A stretch of 64,000 nucleotides of DNA from Polyangiales bacterium. Lineage in GTDB: Bacteria > Myxococcota_A > Polyangia > Polyangiales > Polyangiaceae. The notes beneath the pieces are model-generated. The model searched no databases. It was not told the DNA's origin and was given only the letters and a program-made list of their open reading frames with translations. The position numbers and the translations under genes were made by a program. Where the stretch lies: assembly GCA_038230375.1 (NCBI GenBank), contig JBBRNJ010000032.1, positions 22,407 to 86,406 of the forward strand. Reading direction: 5' to 3'. Positions 59,921 through 64,000 of the stretch are shown one piece after another (the stretch's first letter is position 1; each line of letters begins with the position of its first letter).

Positions 59921-60556
59921 ATGACTCTCGGAGCTCTCGCGGATCTGGCAGGTCTGCTTCTCTCACCGGCGCTCTGCGCTGCGTGCGATGCCAACCTCGC
60001 GCGGCGTGAGGTCTTCTGTCCGGCCTGCGAGCCGTCCTTGATCCCGGAGACGGCGCGCGGCCCAGACGTTGCCGCGTTCGAGTACGGCGGCGCGATCGCG
60101 CGCGCGGTCACGCGGTACAAGTACGAGGGGCAGCCGTGGCTCGGCGTCACGCTCGGCGCTCTGGCGGCGACTGCGCTCGCTCGGCTGTCGCGGCCGTTCG
60201 ACGTCGTGACCCATGTCCCGCTCCATCGGCAGCGAATGGTGGAGCGCGGCTTCGATCAGAGCGCGCTCCTGGCGCGGGAGGTCGCACGTGCTGCGGGGCG
60301 TTCACTTCAATATGCGCTCCTCGTTCGCACCAGATGGACGGAGCAGCAAGCACGCAAAGGTCGTGCGGCGCGCCTGCTCAACGTGACGGGGGCGTTCGCG
60401 GCGGACATGGATGAATCGGCTCGTTTTCAGGGCCGCGCGGTGCTCCTCGTGGATGACGTGCGGACCACCGGCGCGACCCTTCGAGCCTGCACTGAGGCGC
60501 TGCTTGCTGCAGGTGTGGGGGACGTCCAGACGCTCGTCCTTGCCCGAGACGCCTGA
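59921..60556 (+). CDS. comF: ComF-family protein (zinc ribbon + phosphoribosyltransferase)
   Basis: CAAC/CPAC, VPLH..R..ERGFDQ, LLVDDVRTTGAT. Confidence 0.92.
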   Translation: MTLGALADLAGLLLSPALCAACDANLARREVFCPACEPSLIPETARGPDVAAFEYGGAIARAVTRYKYEGQPWLGVTLGALAATALARLSRPFDVVTHVPLHRQRMVERGFDQSALLAREVARAAGRSLQYALLVRTRWTEQQARKGRAARLLNVTGAFAADMDESARFQGRAVLLVDDVRTTGATLRACTEALLAAGVGDVQTLVLARDA

Positions 60557-60584
60557 AAGGTAGTGACCGCGGCTGGGCCGCTGT

Positions 60585-63218
60585 ATGATGCCAGAACGGA
60601 TGGATGACCACTGGCGATGGGCTGACCCCACGGGGCAACAGCGACAAGTGCGCACCGACGAGCTTCGCTCCGCGCTCGCCTCGGGAGTGATCGCGCCGAA
60701 CGCGCCGGTGTGGCGCTCGGGATGGAAGGAGTGGCAGTCGGCGCACGACGTTCCAGAGCTCACCAGCAGTGCGCTCGCGTCCGCGAATGGCGTCATCCAG
60801 AACATCCCGCCGCCGCCGCTGGCGATGGTCGCGGTCCAGCACGCCTTCGAGTCGGGCGGCGTACCGGCGCAGCCGGCGCCCATCACCGAAGAACCTCCGC
60901 CTCCTCCCGCGTACGTCCCGATGGCGGTGAAGTCAGCGCCAGGGTCTACACCCAGCGTGATTCCTCCCGCGCCTCTCCCACAGCCCCTCCCCCCACAGCC
61001 CCTCCCCCCGCCGCCGCCTGATCCAGGAAGCGCGCCGCCTGAAGCTCCGCCAGTCACGTCCAACACGGCGCATGGCGTGCCGAAGATCTCGTCGCCGCCG
61101 CCTGCGCAGCCGCAGATGCAGACATTGATCGGTGTGCCACCCATGAGCGTCGCGGCAGCAAGCGCCGCACAGAACAAGGCGCCCACGCTTCCCGCCAGGG
61201 CGAGCACGCCGCCACCGCCGCCGAACGGGAACAAGCTGCCGCCACCCGCCAACAAGGTGAGCGCACCCGCGATGAACGCGGTGTCCACCAGCGGCGGTCC
61301 GCCCAAGATGAGCAAGCCGCCGCCGCCGGTGCCTTCCAAGAAGCCCGGCCTTCCGGCCAGCGCGCGCGCACCAGAAGAGGAGCTCAGCGCCTCGGAGCTC
61401 ATCTCCGAGGCCGACGCCGATGGCGACGTGACCACCCAGATGCCAGTCGCGCAGATCAGCGAGGTCACGATCCCGAATCTGATCGACCCGCGCGCCGAGC
61501 CGATGCATTCACCGCCGAAGATGGGCACCATGCTCGGCGGGGCCGCTGCGCCGCCACCGTCCGTGTTTGCGGGCAACTCCAATCCGATCTCCATCCCGCC
61601 TATCGGCGGAGCAGCCACGGACGTGCTTGGTCCACACGCGGCGCACTCGCCCATGGCTGCGACCACGGGCCCGGCGCACATGCCGCAGCCGAACATGCAA
61701 ACGATGATGGGCGGACAGCAAGCGCCCATGATTCCGCCGGCGCCGCCCACGCCGGTCATGGACAACTCGCTGAGGTATCCGTCGCAGCCGGCGTTCGCTC
61801 CTGGCGGTGTGCAAAGCGCGGGCGTCGGCGATTCGATGTTCCCGCAGCACCACGAGCCGATCCCGTCGCAACCGCCCGTCGACAACCTCCCGTCCGGCGG
61901 CTTCAACCGGCTCCTGGGCGACCTCACTTCAGCCAAGCCGAAGAACAAGCTCGTACGGCCTGTCGCGGGTGTTCTCGTCGGCATGGTGGGTCTGCTCTTC
62001 ATCGCTGGGCTCGTGTCCGCGGTGAGGAGCTGTGGCAAGGGCAAGGACGACAAGCTGGCGATGCTCTCGCCATCCGCGTTGCCAGTCGGCACCGACGTGG
62101 CGCCCACGCCGCCTCCTTCCAACTTGCCGTCGCCGCTGGCGTCGTCCACCGTCGCGCCTTCCGACACGGTCCGCGTGCCATCCCCTGTCAGTGAGGGCTC
62201 GCTGAACGCTCCGGTGTTCGACAAGTGCGCGCCCGAAGGCGCCGTGTCCGTGGTCGCGCCGCATGCGCAGGTCGCCACCGGCATCGAGATCCTTCCCAGG
62301 AGTCCAGGCTTCGCGATCGCGTTTGCCACTGGTCCGCGCGACGGCTCCGCGATCCCGCTCGACGCGAGCCTTCAGCCAGGCGCCGTCGTGCCGGTGCACG
62401 CTGCGCTGCCGGTGAAGCGCATCACGCCGTATCCAAGCGGATCCACGCTGGTCGCCTATGCGGACACGGACAAGAAGGGCGACAGGTTGCTCGGTCGCCG
62501 CACTGTGATCGCGACCAACGCGCCGATCGAGATCGGCTTCAACGAAGGGTCCATCTCGTGGGCTCCGCGCGGCACGGACACATTCGCAGCGCTCTTCACC
62601 GTCGGGCCCGATGGCAACTCGGTGGAGGCGCTCCGCGGCGTGGCGCTCACGATGGAGAAGGGGATCGCTGTCACGTTCCGTCGCGGCGGCTCGATCTGGA
62701 TCGGCATCGCCACCGGAGACAATATCCTCACGCCGAAGCGCTTCTCGTCGATCGCCGGGCTCAGCGGCCGCGTGGGCTCGCCGGCGATCGCCGTCACTGG
62801 TGATGCCGTGGTCGTCGCGTGGGCGGATCGCGCCGGTCCCAAGGAGCCGTGGGGCATTCGCCTTGCGCGCTTCAGCCCCAAGGATGCGCAGCCGGTCGTC
62901 GTGGACTTCGTCGCGCCCGCGGGCGGCGGCGGTACAAAGGCGATGTCACCAAGCCTCGCGGGCATCGGCGCGGGCAAGTACGTGCTGGCCTGGTCCGAAG
63001 GCGCTGCGCACGCGGAGCGTATTCGCGCAGTCAACATGAGCGCAGACAACGCGCCCGTGGGCGAGGCATGGTTCGTGTCTCCCGACGGTCAAAATGCCGG
63101 GCAGCCGCAGATCACGATCGGTCCCGATGGCAAGGGCGCGGCTGCGTTCCTGGGCGAGCGCGGCGGCGGCTTCGAGGTCGGTGTGCAAGGCTTCACATGC
63201 GTGCGAGGAACGAATTGA
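60585..63218 (+). CDS. GYF_2 (DUF4339)-domain membrane protein with long Pro-rich linker and C-terminal beta-rich domain
   Basis: N-terminal 'PVWRSGWKEWQSA..VPEL', single TM segment, repeated VAW strands. Confidence 0.8.
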   Translation: MMPERMDDHWRWADPTGQQRQVRTDELRSALASGVIAPNAPVWRSGWKEWQSAHDVPELTSSALASANGVIQNIPPPPLAMVAVQHAFESGGVPAQPAPITEEPPPPPAYVPMAVKSAPGSTPSVIPPAPLPQPLPPQPLPPPPPDPGSAPPEAPPVTSNTAHGVPKISSPPPAQPQMQTLIGVPPMSVAAASAAQNKAPTLPARASTPPPPPNGNKLPPPANKVSAPAMNAVSTSGGPPKMSKPPPPVPSKKPGLPASARAPEEELSASELISEADADGDVTTQMPVAQISEVTIPNLIDPRAEPMHSPPKMGTMLGGAAAPPPSVFAGNSNPISIPPIGGAATDVLGPHAAHSPMAATTGPAHMPQPNMQTMMGGQQAPMIPPAPPTPVMDNSLRYPSQPAFAPGGVQSAGVGDSMFPQHHEPIPSQPPVDNLPSGGFNRLLGDLTSAKPKNKLVRPVAGVLVGMVGLLFIAGLVSAVRSCGKGKDDKLAMLSPSALPVGTDVAPTPPPSNLPSPLASSTVAPSDTVRVPSPVSEGSLNAPVFDKCAPEGAVSVVAPHAQVATGIEILPRSPGFAIAFATGPRDGSAIPLDASLQPGAVVPVHAALPVKRITPYPSGSTLVAYADTDKKGDRLLGRRTVIATNAPIEIGFNEGSISWAPRGTDTFAALFTVGPDGNSVEALRGVALTMEKGIAVTFRRGGSIWIGIATGDNILTPKRFSSIAGLSGRVGSPAIAVTGDAVVVAWADRAGPKEPWGIRLARFSPKDAQPVVVDFVAPAGGGGTKAMSPSLAGIGAGKYVLAWSEGAAHAERIRAVNMSADNAPVGEAWFVSPDGQNAGQPQITIGPDGKGAAAFLGERGGGFEVGVQGFTCVRGTN

Positions 63219-64000
63219 GAGGGAAGCGGCTTCTTGCGGTGGTCCTGGGCATGTCGCTCGCGCTCGGTGCGTGCGAGCTCTTCTTGCCGCAGACGAAGAT
63301 GGACAAAGGCGTCATGTACGAGTCGGGTGACGCCCGGTTCGATCAGTTCTTCGGCAACGTCCACAAGCATCAGGTGAACGCCGCCGGCTGGGATGACGAG
63401 CGGCGCTCCGCGCGCAAGCAGCTCGTCGCACAACTGAATGTCGTTCCCACGGCGACGGACGCATCCATCCTGGCTGCGCTCCGCGGTCACCGCACGGACC
63501 CGAGCGTGGTGGCCAGCGCAGGTGAGGCGGCGCACGCCGAGCGCGAACGCGCCGCCAAGATGCGTCAGCGGTCCTTGCCGCTGGAAGACATGTCGAAGCA
63601 GGGAGAGTCGCTCGTGGGGCTTGTCCGCGATGCGTTCCGCGCACAGGGCGAGCCGAAGGTCCGCGAAGTCCGCGAGGAGGTCAACGCCTCCGTCAGCATC
63701 CTTCACGGCCTCTCCTCGCGCGCCAAGACGGAGGCGGCGGACGCAGATCACTTCATCGAGGACATGAACGGCGCACTCCAGGGTCGGCTCCCCGTCCACG
63801 AGCATGGCGCTCCACCACCAGCCGAGACCGCACCGAAGCCCCCCGCCACGCAGGACGCGCCGCCCGCTGCCAGCGCCGCCGGCTCTGTCGCGGCGAAGCC
63901 TTCGCCGAAGCCCGAAACGACGGTGAAGCCCAAGCCCGCCGAGAAGCCCCCGGAGAAGCCTGCAGAGAAGCCTGCAGAGAAGCCCGCGGAGAAGCCTGCG
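63215..64000 (+). CDS. 3'-truncated hypothetical lipoprotein (helical, PAEK repeats)
   Basis: TTG overlaps the upstream TGA. LRGKRLLAVVLGMSLALGAC lipobox. Frame is open to the window end, so it is absent from the ORF track. Confidence 0.75.
   Translation, partial: MRGKRLLAVVLGMSLALGACELFLPQTKMDKGVMYESGDARFDQFFGNVHKHQVNAAGWDDERRSARKQLVAQLNVVPTATDASILAALRGHRTDPSVVASAGEAAHAERERAAKMRQRSLPLEDMSKQGESLVGLVRDAFRAQGEPKVREVREEVNASVSILHGLSSRAKTEAADADHFIEDMNGALQGRLPVHEHGAPPPAETAPKPPATQDAPPAASAAGSVAAKPSPKPETTVKPKPAEKPPEKPAEKPAEKPAEKPA

Overview
GC-rich, gene-dense chromosomal window. Gene content points to a myxobacterium (Myxococcota, probably Polyangiaceae/Labilithrix-like): three Ser/Thr kinases, many Cys-rich lipoproteins with DAG/DGG linkers, and RCC1, GYF_2 and WGR-DUF4132 proteins. 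This placement is an inference. About 48 CDS are supported, including housekeeping mfd, priA, panE, an RluA-family enzyme, dsbD-like, rimJ-like and comF. I saw no rRNA, tRNA, CRISPR array, transposase or integrase. Main observations: (1) an orphan gene at 13865-14389 whose C-terminus matches the T3SS needle-subunit (SctF/PrgI) pattern without gaps, heading a small operon; (2) a sigma28/ECF-like promoter motif upstream of it that recurs almost exactly upstream of comF, suggesting a dispersed regulon; (3) a compact lipoprotein with a MACPF/CDC-like signature at 2875-4386; (4) a PLD3/PLD4-like lipoprotein; (5) non-coding structures: a 23-bp palindromic tandem array, twin 19-bp palindromes, and a (GGTCGA)7 tract next to an A-skewed gene tail; (6) an exoribonuclease remnant; (7) an orphan Mod-like DNA methyltransferase. 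All family calls come from motifs read by eye; no searches were run.
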